The notes: generated by a model not told the origin, from the letters alone. Positions 41,288 to 50,899 are shown, numbered from the stretch's first letter. The stretch: DNA of 64,000 nucleotides from an uncultured virus (IMG/VR IMGVR_UViG_3300030329_003010) (IMGVR_UViG_3300030329_003010); one strand, 5' to 3'. A program made the numbers and translations.

Positions 41288-41516
41288 CTACGAAAGATGT
41301 ATCATGGCTATGCCTTCTATATTCTTTCCAATCCCATTTATTAGATTTAGCCTCCTCCTTCTTTACAACCTTCGGTTGTTTAGTGACCTTTGCCTTCGGT
41401 AAAAGAAAATCCCGACTTATGTTATGAGAGTGATTCCACCACTCACACCACCATTTAGTCAACCATAACCAAACCCATAAAAAACCAATTATGGTGAAAC
41501 AAATTTCTAAACCCAC
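41253..41516 (-). CDS. Small membrane protein
   Basis: Trp-rich N-terminal TM segment. Confidence 0.5.
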   Translation of the reverse strand: MGLEICFTIIGFLWVWLWLTKWWCEWWNHSHNISRDFLLPKAKVTKQPKVVKKEEAKSNKWDWKEYRRHSHDTSFVDASMWLSMGDD

Positions 41517-42184
41517 TCGGTAACTACCTCCTTTCTTTTACGAATACCTTTTGGTAGTTCATCTCCACCAGCCCTAACTTCATTACGGACAGACGGACAG
41601 TTATCTAGTATTTCTCTCCAGTACAAATCGTTATGCCGAAAGGGAGCGGGAGGAAACTCTTGTTTCTTTTGCTTCTTAGGCCATTGAACTCGACTACCAC
41701 TAGGTTTTATTGAGTATGCTACCAAAGCGTAAATGTATTCGTTGGGTAACAAAAACATTATCTCGTTTAAGGAACGATGTAACTCCAAATCATTCGGGCG
41801 ATTTGCACGAACAAACGAAAGCAATAGAGGAACAGGAACATCTTGAATCTGCCTCCTCACAAAATCCCTATCTCGTACACGAAATACACACTGTATCGCT
41901 CTTATGTAATCATCTTCTTCTTTATCCAAAGTCGGGTCTAGTATTACGAAGTCCTCACTTTTTTCTGTTAATTTTGGTTTCTTTTCAGTAACAATTACAA
42001 GTCGGTGGGATATAAGTTCACGCCAGCCCAAAGCATCCTTTTCTGTAAATTTATCAGTATGGAGAATACAAGTAAGTTCTTCGACAGAAGGAGAAGTGGT
42101 CATCTCGTTGAACATTTCAACGTAGTTCCCACTCTTGTACGGTCTTTCGTCAGCCGTGTAAATCACGACTCCCAATAAGGCCAC
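41507..42184 (-). CDS. Hypothetical protein
   Basis: 225-aa ORF coupled within the operon. Confidence 0.7.
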   Translation of the reverse strand: MALLGVVIYTADERPYKSGNYVEMFNEMTTSPSVEELTCILHTDKFTEKDALGWRELISHRLVIVTEKKPKLTEKSEDFVILDPTLDKEEDDYIRAIQCVFRVRDRDFVRRQIQDVPVPLLLSFVRANRPNDLELHRSLNEIMFLLPNEYIYALVAYSIKPSGSRVQWPKKQKKQEFPPAPFRHNDLYWREILDNCPSVRNEVRAGGDELPKGIRKRKEVVTEWV

Positions 42185-42426
42185 CCCTGTACAATAATGT
42201 GATTCTCAATCCTTTCTAATTGGTTTTTGCTCAAGTACCAAACCCTCCTTACTTCGGCTTTACTAATTTTGTAATGACCACAATACCATTTAAGTCCGTC
42301 ATCTTCAAGTATAGGACAAATACCTGTTTCATCCATCGCTGAAAATAGTTTCGGAAAATCCGAAACAAAAATCGAGCGATTCATAAGTTGGTAAAGGTAC
42401 GGCCTCCACTTGATAGGTTCAGTCAT
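42163..42426 (-). CDS. Hypothetical protein
   Basis: Coupled ORF. Confidence 0.6.
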   Translation of the reverse strand: MTEPIKWRPYLYQLMNRSIFVSDFPKLFSAMDETGICPILEDDGLKWYCGHYKISKAEVRRVWYLSKNQLERIENHIIVQGWPYWES

Positions 42427-43067
42427 TCAATATCCTCCCACTCCACATCTACAACGGTATGCGTCGGACCTTTTAAGGAAGCCATATGCAATTCTACTTG
42501 GTCTAGTAATTCGGGATGCGGTTCAAGAGTATTTACTAATTGGCGCATGAAATCATTCATTCTATTTTCAGCGAGAAGTAATTGAGAATCAACCCCAATC
42601 TCCTTCTTTAATTGCCCGACCAATTTCAATGATGTATTTGCTTGACCTACAAGTTTAGTAGCATCGGCAACCCACTCCGAGGATATTCCATCTTGTGCCT
42701 TGAGAACTTCTAATTCATCCAACCAGCCTACCAAACGACGGACCAATCCCTCGGCCATATCCAAAGTATTGATTGACTCTTCTCGCATCTTCTCAACGTG
42801 GGATGCTTCTTCGGGGTCGAACTCCAAGTGATTGTCCATGTGGTTATCACAAGTTCCTTCGGGCCAACCATTACGAACTTCTATTATGTTCGGTCCTACT
42901 TCCCTGTTCCGTAGTTGTATTTCCAATTGCTTTTTTTGTGACGATTCACAAAAAGGACATGGCGAAGATTTGAGAACCCACCGGAGGGTTTCAATGACTA
43001 TTGGTTCGCCGGATTGAGCGAGTCGTTCCTCTATCTCTCGCCTAGTTTTCATCTTTTCCTCTCCCAT
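42423..43067 (-). CDS. C2H2-like Zn-binding + coiled-coil protein
   Basis: CPFC...NHMDNH and a long helical C-terminus. Confidence 0.7.
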   Translation of the reverse strand: MGEEKMKTRREIEERLAQSGEPIVIETLRWVLKSSPCPFCESSQKKQLEIQLRNREVGPNIIEVRNGWPEGTCDNHMDNHLEFDPEEASHVEKMREESINTLDMAEGLVRRLVGWLDELEVLKAQDGISSEWVADATKLVGQANTSLKLVGQLKKEIGVDSQLLLAENRMNDFMRQLVNTLEPHPELLDQVELHMASLKGPTHTVVDVEWEDIE

Positions 43068-43122
43068 TTACAATGTAGGCATTCATTTCCCTTGGTTACA
43101 AAAACACCACAACTTATACATC

Positions 43123-43395
43123 TCATTCCTCTTCACCACGCACAACATCCCAAAGGTGGATGTCTCCATCCTTGTCTAACATAACAAACCGCTCGTCTTT
43201 ACGCATCCATCTCATCGCTTGTTGAGTAGTTACACCAGCCTTAGATGAACCAATCCATTTTCCATTCTTGAAGGTGGCTTCTCGTAAAATTTGCCTCAAC
43301 GTACAAGGACCGTAAATTTTCAACCAGTCATAGATAGCATCTATGGCCCACGGGGTACTTCTTCTACCTCTAGGGGTTCTAGGCGGTACACTCAT
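43123..43395 (-). CDS. Winged-helix protein (paralogue family)
   Basis: IYDWLKIYGPCTLRQIL. Confidence 0.7.
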   Translation of the reverse strand: MSVPPRTPRGRRSTPWAIDAIYDWLKIYGPCTLRQILREATFKNGKWIGSSKAGVTTQQAMRWMRKDERFVMLDKDGDIHLWDVVRGEEE

Positions 43396-43617
43396 TCCTT
43401 ATCACCTTCGCACAACTTATCATATATTGAAGTCACTTTCCAAAATATCATAAACAAAAGAGTTAAGTGTGTGTAATCTATCCATGTTATCATTCTTCCA
43501 CCAACCTTTTTCCACAATGAGGACACGCTTTCATGTGCTTCCCCTCATCTCTAAAATCTACTATCTTCCATTGAGTTGCTACGCAACCGTATGAGTAACT
43601 GCAATACGAACTGCGAA

Positions 43618-44952
43618 TCATTCTTGTTCACCCCACGGATTAGGCCCACGCTCATTTGTAACCGGACCGATACGACACATAACACCGCGCCGACCCCTAC
43701 CTTTCTTAGTAGAAGGCTCATACTCTCGATACCAAGGTTGGCCTTGTAGATTCTCAATAATCCAACGCTTCGCTGATTGATAATCGCCAGCAGTAACCAT
43801 GCGAGAAACTTCTTTGATAAGTGTGGACTTTGTAATGTCCTGCATCCAAAACGCATCTTTCATGAGTAGAGTATCTGCATCCATAACCCTCCTTCTCATC
43901 ATCAAAGATTTGGCTAGAATATCTTCTAATCGCTCATCCATAGTTACAACCAACGGTTCACCCCCACGATAATTGGGACTCATCATATGATACCCTATCG
44001 CTATACGCCTAAAAAGGTCTGCCTCAAAGGAACGAACCTTTGGGGATTCCAACCATGCTAGAATCGAATCATCGAAGAGTACACCAGTAGGGGGATTAGC
44101 AACGGCATCATCCAATCTAGTTCTTATCCAACCCTTGATTGAGATTGCCTTTTCTGCTAAAGAAACTCTATCCTCGGTAGTCATATTAGATTGAGCGTGT
44201 TGCGCCCTCTTGAAAGCCAATTCTTTCTCATCACTCATCTCAATATCAATGATAAAGAAACGGCGGTCAAGACCGGAATCCAATTCAAATCGAGCCGGTT
44301 GTGTACCGGCCCAAACAGTATATCTTGTAGTGTATTGAACCCAACCTGCCTTCATACCTTTCTGCACTCGACCATTATCTAATGATGTGAGAAGTTGGTT
44401 TTTCATATCTAGGCTATGGTCTTTCTTGGAAGCATCAGACATAGAAGAGAACTCCTCAAAACCAAGGAATCCACCGCATAGTTCACGCGCAATAGGTCGG
44501 CCCATAATGTCTCCATCTTCATTGACTGAACCAAACATACCTGCCTCGGTAATACTGTTTGGTCCCATCATAGTTCTAAATCCCTCTCCCATATCCGCAT
44601 CGAAGTTATGGAGTAATCCAGTACCTTCGGCTAGGAACATTAGAATCAAAACCGATTTACCGGAACCCTTTGCACCACGAAGCATGATGTGAATTCTTGT
44701 GTCCGGCAATTGAGACATCGGAGTGTAGAATGGTACGTTACTATGTCTTAAAGGACAAGTAGTTATTGTAAAATCTTTACCCGCATCTACCAATGGGGAT
44801 TCGGGGTCGAAATCACATCTACTACATTTGTTCAATGCGTTGAAGATATGCGCTCCAACTGAACAAATGAATATAGGAATCTTATCATCTACACCAACGT
44901 AGTGATTTCTACTAGCAAATCTCTTTACTTCTTCTATTACATCAAAACTCAT
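43618..44952 (-). CDS. MCM-like AAA+ helicase lacking the canonical N-terminal domain
   Basis: GAKGSGKS, ITEAGMFG, GFLGFEEF, LDRRF arginine finger. Confidence 0.75.
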   Translation of the reverse strand: MSFDVIEEVKRFASRNHYVGVDDKIPIFICSVGAHIFNALNKCSRCDFDPESPLVDAGKDFTITTCPLRHSNVPFYTPMSQLPDTRIHIMLRGAKGSGKSVLILMFLAEGTGLLHNFDADMGEGFRTMMGPNSITEAGMFGSVNEDGDIMGRPIARELCGGFLGFEEFSSMSDASKKDHSLDMKNQLLTSLDNGRVQKGMKAGWVQYTTRYTVWAGTQPARFELDSGLDRRFFIIDIEMSDEKELAFKRAQHAQSNMTTEDRVSLAEKAISIKGWIRTRLDDAVANPPTGVLFDDSILAWLESPKVRSFEADLFRRIAIGYHMMSPNYRGGEPLVVTMDERLEDILAKSLMMRRRVMDADTLLMKDAFWMQDITKSTLIKEVSRMVTAGDYQSAKRWIIENLQGQPWYREYEPSTKKGRGRRGVMCRIGPVTNERGPNPWGEQE

Positions 44953-45770
44953 ATGTGATACCCTCCGCTATCATTTGGGTCAATGTCGAATGGGCTTGTG
45001 AAATTACCATCCTCGTCTATTGAAATTAATAATGAACGTACATTGTTCATTTCTTCTGAATCACATTCTATTCCGTACACTTGTTGGTAATAATCAACAA
45101 AATGCTGAATAGCATTCTCATCTAATCCGGTTGTGTCTGTCTTTACAACACAAAGGTAGGATTCAGCATCGCCGTCATAATGAGCCATAATCTTACTGAA
45201 CAAATAATTAAACAACCAACACGGTGTTGTTAATGCTAATTCTCCTCCTCCTAATAGGTTTAGTCCGCCCAACATAGTATCGTTCATAAAATCATAAACG
45301 ATAACTGCACCGTTATCATCTAACGGGTCAAGTGGAGTATCGGTAGTTATTAGTGTGGTCAGCATACCAAAACTTGTAACGCCCAAATCAATCAACAGAC
45401 AAGTCATATCACGGATAGCCGGATATGAGAAAAGCCAATTAGTAGTATCATCGGGGCTTACAGGAGGCATCCAGTTAGTCAGTCGTAGAAGTAGAGTACC
45501 ATCAATATCATACAACATCCAACACGGCTCCATTACTTCGGGAATATGATTGAATGGCTCCACACATAGATGTCGGGAGTAAATGCGTGCAATTGGCTCT
45601 CTATTACCAATAGCACCCATACCACTCACGAATGTAGAGAAAGTTGGTTCGTGTTGCATAAACGCAATAGCACTACAATCTTCTCTCACAACAGGCCAAC
45701 GGCGGTCAGTCCAAAGAACATCTATTTCCTCGTAGGTTGTTGTGTCGAATTTACTGCGTACCGGCATCAT
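44949..45770 (-). CDS. PAC2-family (proteasome assembly chaperone-like) protein, putative
   Basis: IARIYS, LLIDLGVTSFGML, YLCVVKT...DENAIQHFVDYYQQVYGIECDSEEM resemble the PAC2/PbaA pattern. Confidence 0.5.
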   Translation of the reverse strand: MMPVRSKFDTTTYEEIDVLWTDRRWPVVREDCSAIAFMQHEPTFSTFVSGMGAIGNREPIARIYSRHLCVEPFNHIPEVMEPCWMLYDIDGTLLLRLTNWMPPVSPDDTTNWLFSYPAIRDMTCLLIDLGVTSFGMLTTLITTDTPLDPLDDNGAVIVYDFMNDTMLGGLNLLGGGELALTTPCWLFNYLFSKIMAHYDGDAESYLCVVKTDTTGLDENAIQHFVDYYQQVYGIECDSEEMNNVRSLLISIDEDGNFTSPFDIDPNDSGGYHI

Positions 45771-46258
45771 ATATTACCCTCCTCATCTAACGATATAAAG
45801 TTGAGCCTTTCTTGGATTGCATCGGCCATTCTTTTAGGTAATTGTTCTAAAGTGGACATACGATGTCTAGTTGTATCTCGATACGATAATGCTAGTTCTT
45901 CAATGCTTACTGCTTCATATACAGGTATTGGTGTAGTATAGCGAGAATATACTTTCAGTGTATGACCTTCCGGTACTGTTCTCCTTTCGGACTTTTCTTC
46001 TCCTATCTTACGGAAGAATTTGTTCTTCGCTAGAATTTGAGTTACTTGGTTTGTAGTGAAGGAACTTCCTCGCTTACTACCGTACACATATACACCTTCT
46101 CTCTCCCCTTTACCATACACATATTTTCTAGTCTTGGTACTTTCAGAATCCTTTAGGTATTCTATGATTTCATGGGTGTTCGCACTACCCACTTCATTCA
46201 AAAAGTCCCAAATCTTCATTTTCAACTTACTGTGCCTACATCTTCTTCTATTCGCCAT
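45767..46258 (-). CDS. Winged-helix protein (paralogue family)
   Basis: IWDFLNEVGSANTHEI...TTNQVTQILAKNKFF. Confidence 0.65.
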   Translation of the reverse strand: MANRRRCRHSKLKMKIWDFLNEVGSANTHEIIEYLKDSESTKTRKYVYGKGEREGVYVYGSKRGSSFTTNQVTQILAKNKFFRKIGEEKSERRTVPEGHTLKVYSRYTTPIPVYEAVSIEELALSYRDTTRHRMSTLEQLPKRMADAIQERLNFISLDEEGNI

Positions 46259-46320
46259 TCTTTTCACACTCCAAAATTAATTCAGAAATAATTAATCGTT
46301 GTACCAATCCCCGATTCCGC

Positions 46321-46434
46321 TAATTCTTTTTTTGTTTCATAGATGTTTTAGAAATTAATCCTTATTTTCTAAACATACTAAAGACGAATAAAAAGAATTC
46401 CGAAAAACGCTAGACTGGTCGCCATTATTTATTT
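46321..46434. promoter_or_regulatory. AT-rich imperfect palindrome plus motif C (origin-like)
   Basis: AATTCTTTTT...ATGTTTTAGAAA/TTTCTAAACAT...AAAAAGAATT; similar to 3890-4003. Confidence 0.45.
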
Positions 46435-47304
46435 CTACTCACCCCCGAATAAATCAAAATAATTGAGCGCATCCTTAGCGTCAAGTCTTTCGATTACAAA
46501 CATATCTTTCATTTTTAGTTTTCTTGTAGCACCATTAATTCTTGAATCATTCATACGATTCTTTTTACGGTCAGTAAATATCAAAGCACTACCTAATATA
46601 CAAGCATCTTCCATTGTGATAAAACAACCCATGAAAGTGTTCATATCTATGGAACAGAAAGTACCATCTACGTTGATTGCGGGTACGGGTTGAACGAAAA
46701 GATTACTCCATTCTAACCCCACATTAACCCTCGCAACAAAGGTCAAGATTGGTTTTTTGGACTTAGCGTACTGTCTTTGTGTTATGATAACTTCATGATT
46801 GCCTTCTTTATTGGGTATAGTCGCATTTATACAAATCCTCATACCAATAGCCTCCTTTTCTTCGTGAGGGAAAGGATTCGTAGTTATCCTAGCGTCATAT
46901 CCTCTTTCTTTTATTGTTTGTACTAGACCTACTAACCAAGCATAATCGTCAAACTTTTCTCTAGTCACGGCCTTGATATAAACTGAAACCGGCTCTCTCC
47001 ACAGGGTTACAAAAACACCCTCTTGGTTTTCTATTAGTTCAGTCAATAGTTCCGAAAACGGAGTTTCTAAATCCATCATGCTATCATATACATCACGGCG
47101 ATAGGGCGGTGGAGATGGGTAGCATAAAGCACATACCAAATCATACACCGTTCTTCTATCGGTAATGTGGCCCATCAGCCTGTCGTCTTGATGTAACAAG
47201 GACAAATCACAGGATGTAAGACTTCCTACCCTGCCGGTAGTGAAATACTCAACCTTGATGTCTCTAGTATCAATTACCAAAGGGGCTAGATTATTTGTGT
47301 TCAT
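46435..47304 (-). CDS. Hypothetical protein
   Basis: 289-aa ORF with GGGGTGA RBS. Confidence 0.75.
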   Translation of the reverse strand: MNTNNLAPLVIDTRDIKVEYFTTGRVGSLTSCDLSLLHQDDRLMGHITDRRTVYDLVCALCYPSPPPYRRDVYDSMMDLETPFSELLTELIENQEGVFVTLWREPVSVYIKAVTREKFDDYAWLVGLVQTIKERGYDARITTNPFPHEEKEAIGMRICINATIPNKEGNHEVIITQRQYAKSKKPILTFVARVNVGLEWSNLFVQPVPAINVDGTFCSIDMNTFMGCFITMEDACILGSALIFTDRKKNRMNDSRINGATRKLKMKDMFVIERLDAKDALNYFDLFGGE

Positions 47305-47479
47305 TCAATCACCCCAAGTAAAGCGTCATATATTGTGTCTAATCGTTTCTTATCAGACATCTTAGGATTGCCCGCTTCTTGGAATAGATACAAGGCATCC
47401 TGTATTCCCTTACGCAATCGCTTAATTTCTGCGAGTAATTCTTTCTTTGTGTATATTGAAGATATATGGTTTTTCATTA

Positions 47480-47794
47480 TTACAACCCCCTTTGCATGGC
47501 TTTGTACTCTTCTTTTGTGTAATGTTCTTCAACTTTAGGAACAAACATTTTGATAATGTAAATCCAATGGCGTACAAGTTCTAATTCCGATTGAAGAAGA
47601 TGAGAATTCGGATGCTCTTGTAAGTTTTGAGCCTTCTCTTGTAACACTCTTAAAACCCCTTTCTCCCAAATCCCTTTTCTAATAACTCCTGTATAATTAA
47701 CAACCCAAGAAAGGTAGCCACCAAAACTATTATGTTTGTAGAATTCACTCGTCATTTTATCTGCTAATACTTCATTCCATTTTATATCACTCAT
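47480..47794 (-). CDS. Hypothetical protein
   Basis: Coupled ORF with GGAGG RBS. Confidence 0.65.
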   Translation of the reverse strand: MSDIKWNEVLADKMTSEFYKHNSFGGYLSWVVNYTGVIRKGIWEKGVLRVLQEKAQNLQEHPNSHLLQSELELVRHWIYIIKMFVPKVEEHYTKEEYKAMQRGL

Positions 47795-47796
47795 TA

Positions 47797-47988
47797 TTAT
47801 TCCTCCTCCAACTCTCTTACCTTCTCATCATACAATGCGTACGCTTTTTGTTCATCTCCGATTTCCCATCCTTCGACTAACTCCTTTGTATCATTAGATG
47901 TATGTCTCACTATATCAATAGCCCAAACAAACTTAGCGAGTTTGTGCATCTCAACTTCTTTATCTCCAATCATCGCACTTTGAATCAT
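47797..47988 (-). CDS. Hypothetical protein
   Basis: Coupled ORF. Confidence 0.6.
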   Translation of the reverse strand: MIQSAMIGDKEVEMHKLAKFVWAIDIVRHTSNDTKELVEGWEIGDEQKAYALYDEKVRELEEE

Positions 47989-47990
47989 TA

Positions 47991-48314
47991 TTACAACCCC
48001 CTCTCTTCTTTTATCTTTCGTAAAACTCTAGCAAACGCCTTCCATTTCTTGTTGTATTCCTTTGTGAATTGTGAATTGTTAGGTGGCTTGACTCCAACCC
48101 AAGGAGCGATGCCTAAGATAACAGCCTCAAGAGTCTTAAGGTATTGCCTTTCAGCCTCGGCATAAGCGTTCATTCTATCACTCTCGGCAGGATTAAACTT
48201 ACACTTAGGACATAATACATATCCTTCTTCATCCGGTAATGTGTCCTCCTTATTGAATGCGACGAATCTAGTGAAACAAGCCTCACAAGTCATTGTTATA
48301 CCCATTTTAAGCAC
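47991..48314 (-). CDS. Zn-ribbon protein
   Basis: CEAC...CPKC. Confidence 0.65.
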   Translation of the reverse strand: MLKMGITMTCEACFTRFVAFNKEDTLPDEEGYVLCPKCKFNPAESDRMNAYAEAERQYLKTLEAVILGIAPWVGVKPPNNSQFTKEYNKKWKAFARVLRKIKEERGL

Positions 48315-48597
48315 CCCTCTCGATGTATTGTGTTGCTTCGTCTATGTTTACCAGCGCGTAAGTTTCTACATAAGTTCTCATTTCGTTGTCTTTACGAACC
48401 CTACCCATCTTCTCAATACCTTTCCATCCGTGAAGTATTTGTGCAATAGTTCTCGCTGATGGTACTTGGAAATTTTTAGAGATAATCCTTTCTCTAATTC
48501 CATCGTTCATTCTTTCAACGATTTGGTTCGCGGTCAAAGTTCCTTCGTAGTTTCTTAGCACGAATAAAATCGCACGCCGTAGTCTAATGTGTCTCAT
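48307..48597 (-). CDS. Winged-helix protein (paralogue family)
   Basis: ILFVLRNYEGTLTANQI...PSARTIAQIL; directly behind a motif-A promoter. Confidence 0.7.
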   Translation of the reverse strand: MRHIRLRRAILFVLRNYEGTLTANQIVERMNDGIRERIISKNFQVPSARTIAQILHGWKGIEKMGRVRKDNEMRTYVETYALVNIDEATQYIERGA

Positions 48598-48650
48598 AAT
48601 TAATCATTCCTCCTCAAGTATATAATGTTTCCGGTAGCGGGTTTGTAAGG

Positions 48651-49155
48651 TTACTCTTCCTCATCCGGCCAACCACAATAACTGCACCAAGCAGTAGGTG
48701 AAGAGTCATCCCAATCACCATCTAGGGTTAATCTGCATTCGCATCTAGGGCAAAGAGGTCTAGCATATCTCCAACTCATTCGTAGACCTCCAAATCTTCG
48801 GGGTCTACTTCCCATGAACAAGAGGAATAAGAAGTACAACCACAACCCTCGCAATACAATTCTACCGCGACATAAGGCATATTGGTTCCTTGAGAACCAT
48901 AATCGGTCATTCGATATACTACAAAGTCACAAAGACTTCTATCTTCTGCACAATCACTCATTCTTTCTCCTCCCATTCAACATATTCTCCACAACTTCGG
49001 CATTTAACTTCGCATTGATTGAATACAGGATGTAAAATTTCATCCCATGTTCCACATTTACAAACCCATCTGTATAGGCTTTCTGTATAAGTTATATTGC
49101 ACTTCATACTATCGCCCCCTTCCACCATGAAGGAGCAGGTCGCCCTCTTTCCCAC
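48651..49155 (-). CDS. Cluster of three overlapping Cys-rich microprotein ORFs (48651-, 48776-, 48958-)
   Basis: CPRC/CSYC, CEGCG and CKCG/CRSCG motifs; true starts probably internal to the track calls. Confidence 0.55.
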
Positions 49156-49604
49156 TTGGCGAATGTTTTGGAATGATAATATGCTCGGTATGCTTTTACT
49201 ACATCTGCATCTTTGAACTCATCCGGCATACATTGAGCAAAGGGAGTCAATGGGCCTTCGGGAATCAAATGAGCCATGTTAGATAGTATCTCGATACCAT
49301 CAGCACAAAAATGAGTCTTGTTGAATCTCTTGGTGTATTCTTCTGCTAGAGCGGCGGCATGATAACAAGCCCAAATGAAATTGTCTCTTGAATCACCACA
49401 AAAGCGAGTGGCGGGATGATTGTGATAACCACCCTTGAGAGGCGTACCTTTCTTAGTAAGAGGCATCTGCTCCGGTGTAGCACCATGTCTAATAACACTA
49501 GAACCTAGTTGTTGGTAAAGTTCCACGACCATTTTAGGCAGGTGCTTGTCGCAATACATTTTGGCCGATACAATCGGGTCTTTATCAAGTACAAATATGT
49601 TCAT
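49104..49604 (-). CDS. Pyrimidine-dimer DNA glycosylase family protein (T4 DenV-related)
   Basis: MNIFVLD...CDKHLPKMVVELYQQL...HP...AYRAYY...KW...PSWW. Confidence 0.8.
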   Translation of the reverse strand: MNIFVLDKDPIVSAKMYCDKHLPKMVVELYQQLGSSVIRHGATPEQMPLTKKGTPLKGGYHNHPATRFCGDSRDNFIWACYHAAALAEEYTKRFNKTHFCADGIEILSNMAHLIPEGPLTPFAQCMPDEFKDADVVKAYRAYYHSKTFAKWERGRPAPSWWKGAIV

Positions 49605-49607
49605 TGG

Positions 49608-49835
49608 TCATTCCTCCTCGGTGCGGTCGGAAGTGGCTTCTGCCTCCCCCGACAACGTTTTCTCCACTGACTCCTCGTTATTAAACCCTTCGGTAGCGGC
49701 TTTGTAAAGTCCTATATGTGCTATCATAACATCTCTTGTACAACGCATACAAGCATAATCTCCTCCGAAGATTAAAGTTAGTACGTTGCCTTGGTTACAA
49801 AGACAACATGAGTGATATTGTAATCCTGTTTCCAT
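49608..49835 (-). CDS. Zn-finger protein
   Basis: CCLC...CMRC. Confidence 0.55.
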   Translation of the reverse strand: METGLQYHSCCLCNQGNVLTLIFGGDYACMRCTRDVMIAHIGLYKAATEGFNNEESVEKTLSGEAEATSDRTEEE

Positions 49836-49837
49836 AT

Positions 49838-50143
49838 TTAATTCTCCTCCATTATCATTTTCAGCATTATTAAGTAGCCAATCAAGTCATCTACAATATC
49901 CATATCACTCTCAATACTATCGTTACCTCTAGCCAACCGTGATAGTTTATCATCAATGCGTACCCTAACTCCGGCTTCTGAATCTAACTTTGAGAACAAA
50001 CGAACAGGATTGTTTACACTGTCTCCATACTGTTCATTTTTATTGACCAGCAATTCACCTACACGGTATAGTATATCATTTACTTTCTGCGAAAAAGTCT
50101 GTGCTTTTGGGTCGGGCTGTCTTTTTTCAACCATATTAATCAT
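49838..50143 (-). CDS. DUF1599 / nucleotide-modification-associated (MazG-like helical) protein
   Basis: KNEQYGDS...RIDDKLSRL...DDLIGY. Confidence 0.75.
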   Translation of the reverse strand: MINMVEKRQPDPKAQTFSQKVNDILYRVGELLVNKNEQYGDSVNNPVRLFSKLDSEAGVRVRIDDKLSRLARGNDSIESDMDIVDDLIGYLIMLKMIMEEN

Positions 50144-50363
50144 CCCCCATAAGTTCAGTGTGTATAATTTCTGATTTCATTACCTTTACTCGCCAATTCT
50201 CTCTTTGTTCTTCATTAATACGGTTAAGAATACCCAATATACGAACTATCAAAGAAACATCATTATCGTATTTCTCATCAGCATCGTCTTGTTCATCATC
50301 ATAAATAAATCTCAATGTATATTCAGTGTTAAATAAATTCCGTTTCATAATTACCACAACCAT
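50136..50363 (-). CDS. Hypothetical protein
   Basis: Coupled ORF. Confidence 0.55.
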   Translation of the reverse strand: MVVVIMKRNLFNTEYTLRFIYDDEQDDADEKYDNDVSLIVRILGILNRINEEQRENWRVKVMKSEIIHTELMGDD

Positions 50364-50899
50364 CCTAAGATTCTTCGGATTAGACCACTCTTTCTAGGTG
50401 GATTTTCTGCTAATACTAACTCCAACTGCGCTACTATTTCTTCTAGTTCTTCGACTTGAGTTTCTAATACCGTAACCCTATCTTCTAACTCATAGATTTC
50501 ACAATTGTTCTTGATGTCGTCGTAATCCACATAGTCACTAATATCAAAGCCACTAAACACTGATTCCGTAATATCATCTTCGATGTTGTATTTGATTGTA
50601 TCAAAGTCAATGTGGTCATTGACCTGCTCAAGAATATCATCCTCGATTTCATATCTAATATCACAAGTGTCGATGTAATCATTAACATCAATGTAATCGG
50701 ACAAATCCATGTTGCTCATAAATTCCTCGATAAACTCATGTACTTTACCTTCACTAATTAAGTCGTCAGTATCGATGAATTCTAAGAAATTAGTATTCTC
50801 AAGATGACTTAAGATTGATGCTTCAATCATCCCACTATCTATTTCACTCAATACACCTTCAATTATTGCGCTTTCATCAAATTCTATTTCTGCTTCCAT
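50351..50899 (-). CDS. Extremely acidic repeat protein with coiled coil and amphipathic C-terminus
   Basis: Repeated D-L/I-S-D-Y-I/V-D and I-E-D-D-I units; tail GLIRRILGWLW. Confidence 0.75.
   Translation of the reverse strand: MEAEIEFDESAIIEGVLSEIDSGMIEASILSHLENTNFLEFIDTDDLISEGKVHEFIEEFMSNMDLSDYIDVNDYIDTCDIRYEIEDDILEQVNDHIDFDTIKYNIEDDITESVFSGFDISDYVDYDDIKNNCEIYELEDRVTVLETQVEELEEIVAQLELVLAENPPRKSGLIRRILGWLW

Noticed and set aside
406..44952. Inteins or introns in terL, polB, primase or helicase
   Set aside because: Lengths are normal or short, catalytic motifs are contiguous, and no intein splice or LAGLIDADG motifs were seen
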